Shown here one piece after another: positions 62,544-64,000 of a DNA stretch of 64,000 nucleotides. The stretch is from positions 2,839,561 to 2,903,560 of the forward strand of contig MU006089.1 in the NCBI GenBank assembly GCA_010093705.1. Direction: 5' to 3'. The notes under the pieces are model-generated. The model made no database searches. It saw only the letters and a list, made by a program, of their open reading frames with translations, and was not told the origin of the DNA. The DNA is from Patellaria atrata CBS 101060. Taxonomy: Eukaryota. The position numbers and the translations under genes are program-made. Position 1 is the stretch's first letter; each line of letters begins with the position of its first letter.

Positions 62544-63724
62544 TTGGAAATTGCATGAAGAGCGGTTAGTGGGTTTTGGCTATCACGTATCCTAATGGGA
62601 TATACCAGGTTATGTGTGGATTGACGTCTGGGTTAGCGAGGGGTCATTGTTGTATAGTTCCCAAATGGATTTGGAAAAATGGTGCTTTGGGGAATCGTCA
62701 TATGAGCATATGTTTTGAGTACGAGCATTAGCGTAGGCATAGCAAAGGTAGCCTTGTTTGAGCATTTTCACTTGAACGATATTTTGTGTTTTTAGAATTG
62801 AGAATATGCTTACACAGTACCTACCGTATAACATCGTATCATATAGAATATGTACAAACTTTACTTTTGTTGTGTCGTGCTGTGCAGGCAGGACAGGCTA
62901 GTTGGGACTCACCAGCAGTTCAAGTAGACCTTCCTACGAGTAAATCGAAAGTAAATTTGTACAATTAATTATGAGCGCAAATGATGAGTAGAACAAAGGG
63001 TGCTCTTTTCCTTATGACGAAGTTTACTCATGAGGTTATTTACAGCGGTGAGGTGAAGTTGTAGTTCTTGTATAATTAGCAAGGTGGCCATCTCGCTTCC
63101 GCCACCTCACAACAACACAGAGTTCCCTCCAGATCATCACCATTCACACCAGATTTCTAATAATCATCCTTGTAGGAAAAATAAGAATTATACCAGGAAT
63201 CGTATCATCGCAGCATGCATGCCCTGGTATTCAGCCGTTATGGCTTTATCGTACAGTACAGAGTAGAGTACAAGTATACCTTTCTATACAACATCTCCCC
63301 GAGTCCCTGAGTCCCTCCTGCACATCGTGTCACAGCCGTAGATTGATTTCATCTCCGCTCATCTCGCACTTCGCTGCCATTTTCCCTCCTTTTCACTTTA
63401 TCTGTACCACTTGCTAGTCCTACCATTCGCTTCTTTTGCCTATTTTCCTGAGTTGATCTCTTTCCTTCTCGGTTGCTGGCGTTTTCTGCTGTACTGTCCG
63501 GGCCCTTTACAGTAATTTGTACAATATACAATATCTACCAAATAGGAACTACAAGCGACTGATCATGGCCATGATAGCCTTCAATAACAAGGGTGAGTCT
63601 CTCGCGTACCTGATTTTCTGCACACATGTACATTCTGTACGGTGGTATCTCCTGTAACCTTTCTCGAGAAAACCAACAACTGACCCTCGTCGACAAATTC
63701 AGTGCGCTCATGTCTTGACATACA

Positions 63725-64000
63725 ATGCCCTTCAGTCTCCTCCCACCTAATATTCGAATCAAGCATCGCGGCGGTCTCCTAGCCATCGTCCTCATAACCA
63801 TCTTCTACCTCGCCTACCGCGAACATGCGGGACCCTCCGCCCACCGTCCCATCAACACCTCCTCGCACCGCTCCACCGTACCCCGTCGAAAAATCCTCAA
63901 AGCGTCAATGCTATACGGGGAAGCGAACCCCCTCCTCGAACAAGCTCTCGCAACCCACACCCGTCACAACGAGTTAAACGGATACAGCATGCACATCCTG
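63725..64000 (+). CDS. Probable GT34 (MNN10/GMA12-like) glycosyltransferase, 5' part only
   Basis: Open to window end: type II anchor GLLAIVLITIFYLAY, then ILKASMLYGEANPLLEQALATHTRHNELNGYSMHIL, resembling fungal GT34 N-termini. Confidence 0.7.
   Translation, partial: MPFSLLPPNIRIKHRGGLLAIVLITIFYLAYREHAGPSAHRPINTSSHRSTVPRRKILKASMLYGEANPLLEQALATHTRHNELNGYSMHIL

Overview
Eukaryotic genomic DNA with short GT-AG introns and CTRAC/CTRAT branch sites; the gene families point to a filamentous ascomycete (Pezizomycotina). About 18 protein-coding genes can be read: a 3'-truncated phytase, two APC amino-acid/GABA permeases, CE1 acetylxylan esterase, a Cys-rich single-pass membrane protein, UTP10, NRDE-2-like, PTH11-like membrane protein, GNAT, a DDRGK1-like protein, CDF metal transporter, APH-like kinase, a PPSTH-repeat protein, flavin-reductase-like protein, GH35 beta-galactosidase, LEU4, peroxisomal acyl-CoA thioesterase, CPS1/DIP2 and a partial GT34. 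The most unusual signals lie between these genes. (1) At 38.5-39.7 kb is an array of five related ~100-nt modules shaped like GC-AG introns, each with a hairpin carrying box C/D-like motifs, next to a degenerate tRNA-like element. (2) At 45.6-48.3 kb are three tandem paralogues of a small secreted Cys-rich protein, all disabled in this sequence. (3) At 19.7-21.5 kb are duplicated promoter-like modules. All calls come from reading the sequence by eye; no searches were run, and exon boundaries are approximate unless stated.
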